This document shows positions 25,126-38,698 of a stretch of DNA of 64,000 nt, piece after piece; positions within the stretch are counted from its first letter, which is position 1; each line of letters opens with the position of its first letter. Made by a program: the position numbers and the translations under genes. The stretch comes from Octopus sinensis (Eukaryota): assembly GCF_006345805.1 (NCBI RefSeq), contig NC_043000.1:55800001-55864000 (forward strand), written 5' to 3'. The notes beneath the pieces are model-generated. The model searched no databases. It saw only the letters and a program-made list of their open reading frames with translations, and had not been told where the DNA came from.

Positions 25126-25146
25126 TATATATATATATATATATAT

Positions 25147-25468
25147 GTAGGAGCACTCAATCGGTTACGACGACGAGGGTCCCAGGTGATACGATCAACG
25201 GAACAGCTTGCTCGTGAAAATAACGTGCAAGTGGCTGAGCACTCCACAGAAACGTGTACCCCTAACGTAGTTCTCAGGGAGATTCAGCGTGACACAGAGT
25301 TTGACAAGGCCGGCCCTTTGAAATACAGGTACAACTCATTTTTGCCAGCTGAGTGGACTGGAGCAATGTGAAATAAAGTGTCTTGCTCAAGGGCACCACG
25401 CATCGCCAGGAATCGAACTCACGATCTTACAATCGTGAGCCGAATGCCTTAACCACTGAGCTACTTCC
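25147..25468 (-). mobile_element. tRNA-headed SINE family D
   Basis: Near-colinear with 31240-31548. Shared body GCCAGCT.AGTGGACTG.AGCAA..TGAAAT.AAG.GT.TTG.TCAAGG; B box rc GGAATCGAACTC. Confidence 0.85.
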
Positions 25469-25594
25469 TTCCAAAGCAGTGGACTTAAACAGCTCATTTC
25501 CAGGATTCTCTATTATATATATTCTCTGTGGGCGGGACCCCAGTCTGTTACAAGATTACTAACATTTGTCAGCTGATGTGACCTGATGTCCAGT

Positions 25595-26038
25595 ATTTCA
25601 TTTCACGTCACATCAGTGGAGGCGCAATGGCCCAGTGGTTAGGGGTTATACACAGAGGGGACAAACAAGGACAGACAAACGGATTAAGTCGATTATATCG
25701 ACCCCAGTGCGTAACTGGTACTTATTTAATCGACCCTGAAAGGATGAAAGGCAAAGTCGACCTCGGCGGAATTTGAACTCAGAACGTAACGGCAGACGAA
25801 ATACTGTTAAGCATTTCGCCCGGCGTGCTAACGGTTCTGCCAGCTCGCCACCTTATATAAAGAGTACAGCAGGGGTCACCACCATCCCTGCCGGAGCCTC
25901 GTTGAGCTTTAGGTGTTTTCGCTCAATAAACACTCACAACGCCCGGTCTGGGAATCGAAACCACGATCCTACGACCGCGTGTCCGATGCCCTAACCACTG
26001 GGCCATTGCGCCTCCACTGATGTGACGTGAAATGAAAT
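25595..26038. repeat. Perfect 50-bp inverted repeat enclosing two SINEs
   Basis: 25595-25644 is the exact reverse complement of 25989-26038. Inside are SINE A (25646-25855, minus) and another tRNA-headed SINE (25862-26017, minus). Confidence 0.92.
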
Positions 26039-28407
26039 GCTTTGCTCAACGAACACAACACATCGCTCGGTCCAGGAATCGAACCCACAATCCAATGATA
26101 ATGAGTGCAACGCCATACCAGGACCTGCTCATACACACACATACTATTGTACATGCCTGTGTGAATGTATGTGTGTGTGTGTGGTGTGTGTATGTGTGTG
26201 TGTGTGTGTGTGTGTAAATTGGTCCATATAAATTTTAAAGTGAGTGCTCGGTTTTGTAAAAACTTGTTATACAACATCGGTTTGACGGGAATCTTTATAA
26301 ACTTTGTAGTTTTCGTTGAGTATGATGACAACGACGAGTAGACCCATGAAGAAAGATGTTCTGCCCACTTTTTTTTTATAAAAGTGATAGGCTACATCAC
26401 CCAATGTGCTTCCTTTTCTAAGTCAGTAGGGTGTGACGTGAGAGCGATTTGGCTGCTAAATCTACAAACCCATACAACCACGAAGGGATACACATGTTAT
26501 CTCATGTAGAAAATATAATTGTATATGCTTACGAACAAATGCATTCCAGCCTTGGCCATCACAGTTTTGTGTGAGTATTCTCGGACTACACCAGCCAATA
26601 CTTTCTTTCCTTTGTGAAGATTAGAGTGTGATTTAAGAGATGTTTTGTTTCTAGTTCTAGCAGCTTTTGTGAAACATAGATACCACCACTTCGGAATGTG
26701 CGTTGATGCTGTTGCTGTTACGAATAAACAATTATTTTTGTTAAATATTCCCTTTATTTTTATAAACTCTAGTAATGGCGATAAAACAATTGAAAATACA
26801 GTGGTTGTAAAATGAATGCTATTTTGTCCTTAACAACGCTAATTTTCTATCAGTTGTATGCTTTATTACATTACTGATAAGATGTATAGTTAAACATTTT
26901 TTTAAAAAGAAAATCCTGCTGCATTGTCCAATATAATGACTTCAAATTAATTTTGAAAGTTCACTGGCGTCTTGTAGACATAGTCAAACTCATTTTTATT
27001 TATTTTTTTGAAACATTGGGCTTAATGCCAGTGTTTTGGAATAGCCTTACTATTAATGCGATTCCACTGAGGACGAACATTCGAACTCAGAGAAACAAAA
27101 TAACTGGAGCAAATTTTGCAAGGCACCTCGCCTACGCTCTGACATCTCCGCCAGTCCACCGTCATGGACTGGAAGTTTATTAATAGAAACGTTGGTATTT
27201 GAACTCATAGCGCAGGGAGCTGAAGCAAATAACGATGCTCAAAAGCCTAAGTTAATTTGTCGCCTTAGAGTCTTCATTGCATGTAGCTATTCTGGTAAAT
27301 TCTAAAAGCAATTCCAGTGTGTTTGCCAGCTGCACAATGTAAAAAGCATCGAGGCATACTAAGGTTTTAGAAAAATTACTTCGAATCAACAAAAGAGGCA
27401 GGTTTTAATACTTCGGGAATGCTACGCTCTTTCTTTCTCTCTCTCTCTTTCTCTCTCCCCTCTCTCTTTCTCTCAATGTCTCTCTTTATTTCTTTATTTC
27501 ATTTCTTCTTAAATGAACAAGAAACCTACAACTTTAATAGGAAATGGTAATAACCAATCTTTCTTGAAAGACAACGCTAGAATTGTAAAGAAAGCTGTTT
27601 GAATTAAGGATTCAAATCAAGTAACAATCTTGATTTGACGAGTATTTACGGACGCGCTTAAGATAAATAAATAACAACGGCAACCGTATTGAATTCTTGA
27701 GCTTTTTAATTAAATGAAAGATAAGATTATTGTAACTGAGTCAATTCATTCTAACTATCCATGGTTTATACGTAATAGGATTATCCTGCCTTCTTGTCAT
27801 TATGCCTCTGATAACGTAGCTAGATAAAACATTCAGTCGCTATTACTTTCGTATAAAACCAGAACTTATATTGGACATGGAAATTATTCTTATTAATAAA
27901 ATCATAACTTTATTGGTTTAAAGTGCAAAAGATTGCCATAAATATTCATAAGCACTTGAGTAGAGAAAGAGGAGATTTTACACTCAGACAAAATATCTAA
28001 TGGTATTCGATCATTTTTCTGCTTATCCCCATCAATGGTAGCAAAGATTTATTTGCAGTATCGCGAAGCTGTAGCCAAATTCCAACCACTTGGGATTTGT
28101 ACGAGATTACATTTTCTCGAATGATTTTTCTTCTTATTTATTTATTTTTTATTTTTTCCTTTGCCAAACTTGTTTGATATATTGTCAAAGGAAGACATAA
28201 AGATTACTTTTCAGGCGAAATGTATGAATAAGTTCAAATGATATGCGTTTGTCTGTATACAAATATAAATATAAATCTATGTATATGTCTATATGTATGA
28301 GTGTATGCATGTGTACATATATATTTATGGATGTCTCTCTCTCTCTGTGTCTCTCTCTGTCTCTCTCTCTGTCTCTCTCTCTCTCTGTCTCTCTCTCTCT
28401 CTCTGTC

Positions 28408-28465
<58 letters not shown>

Positions 28466-29044
28466 GGAAGGTATAATATATATTAGTGTATAATGTGTGT
28501 TCGTATGCATATATATATATATATATTATATATATAAACCAATATGCACGCATACACAAACTTATGAATATGTGTGTGTGTATTATGTATATATGTGTGC
28601 TTGTGTGCGTATGCGTGTTATTCTAACATACGCAGAATTACTCACATATACAATCGTTATCTCAATATTTGTTTTTCGTGGTGACATAGTCTATAAAAGT
28701 TTGTTTGTATATTTCTCTGTATGTCCAGTTTGCATTGTAACATGTGACTTAATTACCTAATATTTATTGATTTCATTCCAAGTTATTTTCGGGATGTCTG
28801 CATGCCTCCAATTGCCTGTTACCATCTCCCAACCATTTATTACTCATGGAGAGATGTTCTTTTGCAATAACCATATCACTAGAGTTGTCCCTCGTCTAAG
28901 AATCTTAATAGTCGCTATCCAAACATACTTATATTCAATTACTCTAATCTGCATTGTCGACATTGTCTAAGGATTCAAGAGCAGTTGATGGTAGAATTGG
29001 TTAAATTAAATGCTGAAAGCAATAACTGCTACTGTTTATTTAAG

Positions 29045-29530
29045 ACAGCAAACTGACAGAATCATTAGCACGAAGGCAAAAATGTTTTGCAGCATTTCAC
29101 CCGTCTGTGGGATGACGACAGCAGCTGGGGAGCTGACTGGAACTTGAGGCTGACAGGAAGAGTAAGGGGCAGGAGTGACGCGCGCGCAGGCAGGGGAGCA
29201 TTGGGCCTTTTCGATTTGGGTAACCGAGTGAGCTGGACGTGTGAGCGCTTTGTCAAGGTAGGGGAAAAGCAGTTACTATTTTTAGTTTTCCGGTCGGGCC
29301 ACGTTGAAGGGCTCGTTACCGCCGGGGAGGTCTGCGTCGACGAAGAGAAGGTAGGTGTCTTTATTTCAAATCTTCCGCATGTACCACACCGTTTTTACGT
29401 TCTAAGTTCAAATGCTACCAAGGGACCCAAGTTCATCCTTTGGCGTCGATAAAATAAGAACTATTACTCAACTGGGGTCGATGAAATCGACTAGTCCTCT
29501 CCACCATAATTTCGGGCCTTGTGCCTATAA
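29045..29530 (+). mobile_element. SINE family A interrupted by a 282-bp GC-rich insert
   Basis: The SINE 5' part ends at CCGTCT (29101-29106) and resumes after CCGTTT (29389-29394) with TTACGTTCTAAGTTCAAAT. Confidence 0.7.
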
Positions 29531-29603
29531 TAGACAGAATACTGTCTAAGGATTTCAATCATCTGATTTTATAGGGAGTTACCTCCCTACATTTTAAAAA
29601 TCA

Positions 29604-29765
29604 GGCATGGTTGTGTGGTAACAAGCTTGCTTTCCAACCACGTGGTTCCAGGTTCGGTCCCACTGCGTGGCACCTTAGGCAAGTGTCTTCTAGTATAGCA
29701 TCGGGTTGGCCAAAGCCTTGTAAGTGGATTTGGTTGACGGAAACTGAAAGAAGCCTGTCGTGTGT
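29604..29765 (+). mobile_element. SINE family B, head and core
   Basis: TGGTTGTGTGGTAA A-box-like, GGTTCGGTCCC B-box-like, then GGCACCTTAGGCAAGTGTCTTC. Confidence 0.8.
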
Positions 29766-30351
29766 GTGTGTGTGTGTGTCTTTGCATCATAGGAAAGGTG
29801 AGTGGTGGGGGAGGACGGGGAGGGGGAGAAGTATGGAGAGGTGGGTGAGGGATAGGTGGGAGCGGTATAGATGGGAGGGGGTAGGTAGGAGGGGGATAGG
29901 TTGAAATGGATGGGGAGTGAGAGGTGGTGGTGAGTGAAATATGTGATTTTTTCTGAACTAAGTTTTTCCTCCGTTACTTACTTTGGCTGTAACGCTTTCA
30001 AGTGATTAGTCGAAGGGAAAGGCGAAGAGCAAAAGAAAAAAGAGAGCGAAAAAGAGGATAAGATGAAGAGTGAAAGAGAAAGAGGGAGAATACAATGTAT
30101 TAAGTCTATAAAATTGTGAAGGAAATATATTAAGTGTATATATAAAGTGCATTAAGTAATTATTGTATTCCAATTTCCTTAATTATTCTATGATTAGCAG
30201 ATGAGTGACTATCATTTGGTACAGACACAGCACAGGTTACATTCTAAGTTTTTTTTTTTTTTTTTTTTTTGGAGAGGAGGTAAAGTTTTCAGAAATAACT
30301 CAATAAGTTTAGCATTAATTCTGTGAAATATTCAGGGGTCCCACTTGTCAA

Positions 30352-30383
<32 letters not shown>

Positions 30384-30404
30384 TATTATTATTATATTAT
30401 TATT

Positions 30405-30625
30405 AAGGCGGCGAGCTGACAGAATCATTAGTATGCCAGGCAAGATGCCTAGCGGTATTCCTTCTGTCTTTACGTTGTGAGTTCGAATCCCACCGAGGTA
30501 GACTTTGCCTTTCATACTTCCGGGCTCGATAAAGATAAGTACCAGTTGGACATTGATTTTGTAGTAATTGACTTACAACTTACACACACCCCGAAATTGC
30601 TGGCCTTGTGCCAAAGTTTGAAACC
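30405..30625 (+). mobile_element. SINE family A
   Basis: AAGGCGGCGAGCTGACAGAATCATTAG head and GAGTTCGAATCCC B box, preceded by (ATT)n. Confidence 0.75.
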
Positions 30626-31081
30626 AATATCATATTACTTATTTGAGCAATACTATAAACTCTACTAAATTATATGTCCTTTTCCACAAATAAATCCAGG
30701 CCCCGTGCATTCTCTACGCAGCGTGTGCCAATTTTCAAATTTCGTTCCTAAAACTAAGACACGAACAACATACCAGATCTGTTAGATGAGAAAGCATGCT
30801 TCTCTACGGCTAGAGTGTCGAACAAAGAATGCATATATAAAGTCGGTTTTCACACTTTACATTGAGTAATCAATGTCTGGAATGAGCTCCAATAATTTAT
30901 GACATCACAGCTGGTGAAGTGTTTCATATTTTTGAGTGATTACCTTACTTCCTGCGAACAAAGTAAGGATCACATTTTGAGATACAACTGGATTTCCTTC
31001 CAACATTTTACCGAGAGCACGTAATCTATAGTCAATACTCTAGCTTCGTTCATTTGTGCATCAGAACCGACGGTCTCAATA

Positions 31082-31118
<37 letters not shown>

Positions 31119-31239
31119 GCTGCTGTTGCTGTTGTTGTTGTTGTTGTTGCTGCTGCTGCTGTTGTTGTTGTTGTTGTTGATGTTGTTTAGCTCGGCGTAG
31201 TATATGACTGAACAAAAAACTAAAGTGCTACTCCGTCGC

Positions 31240-31548
31240 CTACGACGGAGAGGGTTCAAGTTGATCCGATCAACGGAACAGCCTGCTCGTAAAATTAATG
31301 TCCAAGTGGCTGAGCACTCCTAAGACACGTGTACTCTTAGCGTAGTTCTCAGGGATATTCAGCGTGACACAGAGTGTGACAAGGCTGGTCCTTTGAAATA
31401 CAGGTACTACTCATTTTTGCCAGCTAAGTGGACTGAAGCAACATGAAATGAAGAGTTTTGTTCAAGGACAAAACTCGTCACCAGGAATTGAACTCACGAC
31501 CTTACGATCGTGAGCTGAATACCCTAACCACTAAGCCACGCGCTTTCA
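31240..31548 (-). mobile_element. SINE family D
   Basis: Homologous to 25147-25468; the head rc is GCGCGTGGCTTAGTGGTTAGGG. Confidence 0.85.
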
Positions 31549-33719
31549 CTGAACACATATATACAATCAAATGTAATCCCTTCTAGTCATGTTCACTCCG
31601 TTTTTCTTTCAAACATGAAATTTGTATCTCTCCTATCAAGACAGGGTACAACTTAAAATAGATTTGGCTGCTATTTCTTGCAGGTCTATGCTCCCGTTTG
31701 TTATGTCTGAATATAATGTTGAGAAGGTACGTGGCAGAGTTGTCAAGAATTGGCTATGTGCCTCATAGCAATGAGTTTCGTCGTTACGCATTCTGAATTA
31801 GAATACTACAGAAAGTCAGCTCTGGTATTAATCCCTCAATAAAAACGGGGAGATTAAAAGTAGTTCTAATATTCCAAGGATTATGCACTCGGTTAATTTC
31901 CTATCAAAGTTGTAACGTTGAGCCAATGTACGAAATTAATATACTGTCCTGAATCATGAATCATTTTAATAGAATAAATGACATCTATCGACCAAACAAT
32001 AACAAAAATAAAATTGATAATTTTGACATTTATAATATAGAGAATCTATTTGCGATATGGAGAGAACTTTATTAGTTGTTAGGCACCGTAGCATTGTTTT
32101 TTTAGCTTCCGTTATTTATTTCATATGACTCGCGATGTTTTCTCTAAGCTTTGCATTTATGCACACGCTTACGTTTTACAATTAGCTAAGTGGAAAAACT
32201 GGACACACAATTTTTTTATGATGAAACTGAGTTTCTTAAAAAGGTTGCTTGCATGGATGCCCACATACTTAGCAAAGAAAAACCAAATTTGCACACAAGT
32301 AAAATTTCCACAGACATCCACAGAGAAAATTATAGGGTACATGTATCCCTTGTCGTATGTCGCATAGCTAACTCTTGAATGCAATGTACTTTTATTTTCC
32401 ATACGTTCCAATGAAACTCTTCAAGATTGAGAAATCAGTGCCACTTTCTAGAATTCGGTCGATTTAGACGATTAAAATAGATGCATAATGCAATACTTGC
32501 GATAATCTTAATTAAATGTCATTTAATTATTTTATCACTACACACATACACACACATGTATACATATTTCCTTATGTGTTATGTATAAAATATAGCTACA
32601 AATCAGTTCTCAACATTCTTGTAAAATGATTGATTATAATAAATTTTGGTAGAACCTTTTTAATTAAGAATATAATTAAAATATCGTAAACATCTTTCAC
32701 TCTTTATGACAAGTAACCTTGATGTAAAAATGACATTTCTGAAAGGCTGATAGTATTCTATTATCAGAGGAATATGCTGGAAGTAATAAACCAAAATCAA
32801 ATCTTTAAGAAAATATGATAATCCATTGTATTATAAAGGTGGAGGCTATAATTTTAAATCGAATGAATTATTAATTGCTTTATTCAACAAAAAATGAAAA
32901 GAAATTATAATAGATTAATAATTCAAAAAGACAATTAGCAGTATAAAAGATTCTTTTATTAAATAATGGAGGCCAGTGAAATATTTAATAAAATCAAAAC
33001 AGCAATATTCACCATTATGTAAGAAAAAAAGCTATCAAATCCAATCAAAATTCTCCAACAATATTCAATAAGCTTGCAAAAAGATTTTCAGGGAAAATCA
33101 CCGAATAACTTATAGCAATTATTAAGTAATAATGAAGTTACGCTTGTATGCCCCTTTTTGCAGGTCTTTCCTTAATAGAAATATGCCAGTTTCTATTAGC
33201 TACTGACATCACAACATAAATAGACAGGAAACGATTAACTAGCAATCCTTTTTGTGATTTTATTTCTTCTTAGTAATTATTATTTTGCTTTTCATTTGAG
33301 TTAGCGGGATAATCAACATTCTTCTAAAGAAAAAATTTTCGACTAAAATAGAATACTTCCTTCTGAACTGGTTAATGGATCTAATCTCTAAAAAACCTAA
33401 GTTCCTATAGATGTTTTGTGTGGGCGCCTAATGTGACATATTTTGGGGAATTTTCTTTACATATGCATATCTATTGTCTTTTGAGCCAAATCTTTAATAA
33501 TGTAGGGACTGGCCTTTTCGTGCGGATTACGAATCAAAATTATTATTCATAAATAAGTATTCATAAGTTAAATTTAACTTACTAAGCAAGAAAATGCTTG
33601 TATGTGTTTGTACTGGACTTACAAGAAATTCAAATAAAATCAGCCCAAATTACTCTCCCCATCGACTTAAATAAGTTAAACAAGCTACAAAAGAAATGTA
33701 TATATGAAAAATTCAAAAG

Positions 33720-33900
33720 TCGGTCGAAAGGTGCGGGCGTCATCAAACAACAGCAGAAGTCATGAATCAGCTTGAATCTGTTTACAAGTACTCCATGAAA
33801 ATTAACGACTCGAAAAAATAACACTGGCGCACGCCATAGCAACGATAAATACAGGAAGTACCATTTACGGTATATCTCTCTTTCCAAAGTCACAAGACCG
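33720..33900. promoter_or_regulatory. Possible promoter/enhancer: RFX half-site next to an ETS core in a CpG-enriched patch
   Basis: CCATAGCAAC at 33834-33843 and CAGGAAGT at 33852-33859, with several CpGs (GGTGCGGGCGTCA, GGCGCACGCC) in otherwise AT-rich, repeat-poor DNA. Motif matches only. Confidence 0.25.
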
Positions 33901-36029
33901 GCAGAATACATTTACAAACACACCACACAATCTGGCACATATAAAATGATAGGTATCACTACATTGCAGATATTATTTAAGAGTTCTATCCAGAGATACA
34001 CCAAATTGTAAATCCTAGCCAATGAGTTTCCAAATGTTGTGCTGTTTATAAATCCAATAGAACATTAGTGAGAGAGGTTTTTAAAAGATATTTTTATTTA
34101 CAGGATATAACTCAGTTAATATTTAACTACCTATTATTCGTAAACGAGTCCTGTAATATAAACTTTCTCACATTTTTACATGGTTAATGTATATTCCAAT
34201 ATACAATTTATTGAATATTTTTAATACGTTGTGCATTTTGATTTTTGTTGAGTCTTTTTTCTTTTCGAATAGTTTTTGAATAAGTTCATTTTCCCAACAG
34301 TACGCAATGAGAAAATGTCCTTATTATAATTTGAAACTGATAGAAAATGACATCCACATTTATAGAAAGTCTGATACGAATAGGTGAAGAAAATTTGCAT
34401 TACAAAAGGGAGCTCAAATAAAATTGATAATTAAATTAAATAGGTGAGACATATTCCTACATAAAGAAAAAAATTAAGAAACTAATAATATTCGAATCAG
34501 TATTTATGAATATTTATTGCATTATTTCTTTCACAATTGCGTTGGTGTTTGAAAATAGATCTAGTTGGAAGAAAATATTAACTTAAAGATTTATTTATAG
34601 ATTTGCAATGAATGGTTTTATCTATAAGACCCTGGGAGTTTTATTAAAGAAGTATAATGGATATTATGATATTTGATTATCAAAACTGAAAGGCAAATAA
34701 CTTAAGTATTAAGAATAAAGATGACACTTAGCGAAATAATTCCATGCTCAATTCTTAAGAATCTTAGAATAATTTGACTTCTATTACATTTGAAAAAGTC
34801 GTGTGTATTTAAAATTCCAAAATGCACAAATAGGCCAAGTCATGAAAAATCTTTAGAATCAGGTTTTGATATTAACGCTATATATGCCTTTATATAATCA
34901 CAATTAGATATCATTTTATACGAATTCTATGGATAGTTTTGTGCGCTTCTCACATCTTATCACTCATCTTTATCGCAGACGAGGAAGTAATCTCTCAAAC
35001 GAAAGGGAACAAGAAAGATATGGTGAAAAAGGCATGAATATTCGAGTGCGTGCCCAGCTTTTCCAATTATATGTTGAATTCACTTCAATAATATACCTTA
35101 TATCCAACTAACCGGCAATTCAAAGCTTCGGTGAGGAAATATAAGCAAATTTATCTTGATGTACAATCTCGACTTTAGTTTTATTTATTTTCCGTAGTTT
35201 CTGAAATTACGGAACAGACTTCATGTAATCAATCAAATGGGACCTAATATGAAATAAACATTGGGGCCAATGTTTTGAGTGATATCAGTATATTTGTTGA
35301 AAGGATTAATGATAACGAGAACCAATGAGCACTACAAATAGAGATATTAAAGAAGACCTATCACAAGCTACAAATGGTCTATAGTTGAATAGATAAGATA
35401 GCAATTCAGTGAATTTCTACAGCTTTAGGGTTTTGGACAAGATACATTTACCTGACTCAATCTGACTCATAAAGTGTGAGATGTCAAGTGAAAGGTATTT
35501 CCGTAAATAATAGAAAAGGAAAGATAATTGCTAAAATAAAATATTTCTAAATTATATCAATAAAGTTTGAAAATGCCAATGTTCTCAAAAGACATTGCCC
35601 TGCTCGAAATAATAATTCCACGCGAGGAGAACTAGAAGTAAATCAAATTTTAATTTTATTGAAATAGGTTCACTTTTTGCTGACACAACTTTTCAGCACT
35701 GAAATGTACATACATAAATGGAAAAACAGTAACTGTGTCTGATCTAACAAATCATGTTTCAACTTTAGCAAATCTTTGGTTGTGAAAAATTGGAAGAAAC
35801 TTATTTATCGGATTTGTTATATGACTGCAAGTTTTTCTATACTCTAAGTTTCAAAAGTAATTATCAAGTCACACTCCTTCCGCTACATGACGAACAAGCT
35901 GGAATCGTATATGGCGGGGGAAAACTCTTCCTTCCATCTCGCATTTTTTGTTTCCTTTTTTGTTCTTCACTACCTAGCTGACCGAGCCTATATAGTAACT
36001 CCATCAGTAAAGAGATAATGTACTTCCAG

Positions 36030-36390
36030 TCAACAAGTCCGATATGAAATGTAAGAGTATAAGAGTATGTTACGAAGTCCATCGGATTAATGATTGGATG
36101 ACACAACAATTAAGTGAAAGACGACAACTCCTGAATATTGTAAAAAATAAAATCTCATTCATTTTGGCTATATTCGAAGAAGCAGAAGTTTGAGAAGTTT
36201 GGGAAACGTTATCATGGAAAGTAGAGTAGAAGGCATTAAATCAAGAAACAGGCAAAGAATGCAATACATTGACAATATCAGGAGCTGTTCGGAAAAGTGT
36301 GACAAGGCAGCTGGAGAACTCGTGCTTAATCAGGAAGACCTTCGTTATAGTGTCAACAATGCGCTGCGTTCGTATGATACGTGACGACGT
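36030..36390 (+). mobile_element. RTE-type LINE 3' fragment, decayed
   Basis: LSERRQLLNIVK / FGYIRRSRSLRSLGNVIMESRVEGIKSRNRQRMQYIDNI matches the typical RTE C-terminus (..YFGHI.R...LEGKVEG.R.RGRQR..W.DNI). Confidence 0.6.
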
Positions 36391-36681
36391 GTACTAGAGT
36401 ACTTGAAATCAATGATAACTCCCTGACCGCCTGTATGCCATAACCAATGGTATAATACTTGACTATATAAAATATGTATACAGTCAACAGATGAGATCCA
36501 GAGAGTCTCAGTATAGAAGACACTTAGCAGTGCTCAAACTTGGACTTAAAACACCTTTCTTCTTTAATTTTCTGTCATTTGTTCTCTGTGTAAGTTGGAC
36601 CTATTAATATAAATATCTATATACGTATAGATAAATATTCACCGTCTGAAAGTCTCCACCTTTTGCTTTTTCTCAGTTTGC

Positions 36682-36734
<53 letters not shown>

Positions 36735-36900
36735 TTTCATACCCAAACTGTTATATTTAATACATCTAATTTGTTTATCCACATAATTGCCTCTTTCTAT
36801 ATGTGTGTGTGTGAATTAAGGCTGCTATTGGTTTCTGACACATGCTTCATCTCTCCACTCCTTTGCACCTGCTCTCTTTATTGGTTATGTTCTCTTATTC

Positions 36901-36936
36901 CTTTCTATTGAAGAGCGTAGGCTCGAAATGTAAAAG
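36901..36936 (+). ncRNA. Hammerhead-shaped motif with non-canonical core
   Basis: CUUU-CUAUUGA-A-GAGC(GUAG)GCUC-GAAAU-GU-A|AAAG. Stems I and II are perfect; core positions 5 and 6 deviate. Confidence 0.35.
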
Positions 36937-37449
36937 TCATTTTCCCTTTCTCGAGCGTCAAACTAATATACCTGCTTGATGTTCATACACCTGTCTTCTT
37001 TTGTTTTTATTTGAATTTCAACCATATATATTATATGTGTATGTGTGTGTATGTATGCATGTATTTATATTATGTGTATGTGTGTATGTGTGTACGTGTG
37101 TGTGTACATATTGATGTCATAAGAATAAAAAAGTTTGAGAGAGCGTGCGGCAATTCGTTTTTAACGGCTGAACACAAAGTAGAAGGTTGTATACAATAAG
37201 CGTGTAAAATTGGGTTAAATCACTATGGATAGAAAACAATTCGAACCCAAAATCTTAACGCTGCGACTTCAACAGTTAAAAAATAAACGAATCCTTTCAC
37301 ATTCTCTCGACGTTTCTAAATTCTTATGACGTCAACAACCTAGAATTCTCGCTGGTAAGAATATAGTTTCTAAAACGAATAAAGAAATTCGAACGATTAC
37401 TCTGGGCTAACAGTAGGACGTTAGTCACATATGCATGTATGTATTTCAT

Positions 37450-38010
37450 TATTCCCTTTTATTTCTAGATTTCTTGCTAATGGAGAAAAGCCGGTCTCTA
37501 ACCTAGATCCAAGGCTACTTTATTGGAATTCCAACATCAACAGGGTATTTTTGTATGCATGTATGTATGTCTTTATTTAGTTATATTTCAAGGCTCCTTG
37601 CCAATAGAGAAAGAATCAGTTGATAACCTAGTTTCAAGGTTCCTTTACTGGAATTTCAACATCAACAGGGTATTTTTGGATGTATGTGTGCATGTGTGCA
37701 GCATTCAGACTTTATGCATGTGGTGATTTGTATGTATTCTCATGGATAGAGTTGCATGTCTAGACATATTCATATACACTTAAATGATAAACTCTGGGGA
37801 AGTTTTACAGTGATGGCTTGGATCTATAGCCTTCGAATCAGCTTTCTCATTTCTGATTTTGAGAAGCCTAATTTCTGAAGATTGGTATTTAGACAGTGGG
37901 TTACATATCCCAGTTCTCCAATAATTACAGGTATAAACATGAACTTGTGATCCGGATAGACTGGCTGTAGATTCCTTAATAGTTCAGTGTACGTATTTTC
38001 TTTTTTGTTG
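37450..38010 (-). mobile_element. R4/Dong-type LINE 3' end (RLE domain tail plus duplicated 3' UTR block)
   Basis: KENTYTELLRNLQPVYPDHKFMFIPVIIGELGYVTHCLNTNLQKLGF matches the K..KY..L...L......IPV.IGALG pattern. A direct repeat of about 55 bp (AACCTAG...GGAATT.CAACATCAACAGGGTATTTTTG) occurs at 37.50 and 37.63 kb. Confidence 0.65.
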
Positions 38011-38596
38011 CATTCACGTGTGTACGTATGTATGCATGTATGTATGCATGCATGCATGTCTGCATGTATATGCATGCATGTATGTATGTATGTATGTATG
38101 TATGTATGTATGTATGCATGCATGCATGCATGAATCACACAAAGAAGAAAACATCATTCCCATTGAAAATATTCCTGCAGGCTCTACACTGTATATAGCC
38201 CAAGAACCTCAAAGATCTTAATTCGACTCTATCTGTTGTCTGCCTTATGCTTTATTCGCCATGCCATTTTAAGCTCGAATTTTATTCTAAAATATATGTA
38301 TTTTAGAATATATATTTGTTTGTCATTGCTCTAAAGTTCACGAAGCTGCGTCTGCATAGCAGGAAATTGAAAAATATTGCAGATATGGTAGTCTATAACC
38401 GCTGAATCAAACACACTATTATTACACTTTTAACTTGTTCAAACCAATTCTAAATTATCAAGTGAATATTGGTAACGATACTGCAGCTATTTTAAAGAAT
38501 GTTTGCTCTTTTCTTAACACGATCTAATTTCTTTTTATAAGTTTGCAACATATAATAGATACCTGTTATCAACTGCTTATTTCTTTACCCTTTTAG

Positions 38597-38698
38597 ATTT
38601 ATCGCAGAACACTGAAAAAAATCACATTATTTTTCAGACTGAAAATGTTGGAGATACAAAGAAAAAGATTGTAAATGTTAAAAATTACTTGAACGAAA
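38597..38698 (+). CDS. Candidate internal coding exon (phase 1-1), product unknown
   Basis: Acceptor TTCTTTACCCTTTTAG, donor GTAAGG, 102 nt. Only one frame is open: DLSQNTEKNHIIFQTENVGDTKKKIVNVKNYLNE. No family recognised with confidence. Confidence 0.35.

Noticed and set aside
34929-35111. ORF with RRR...NEREQER reminiscent of a bHLH basic region
   Set aside because: The spacing does not fit ERxR and no helix-loop-helix residues follow.
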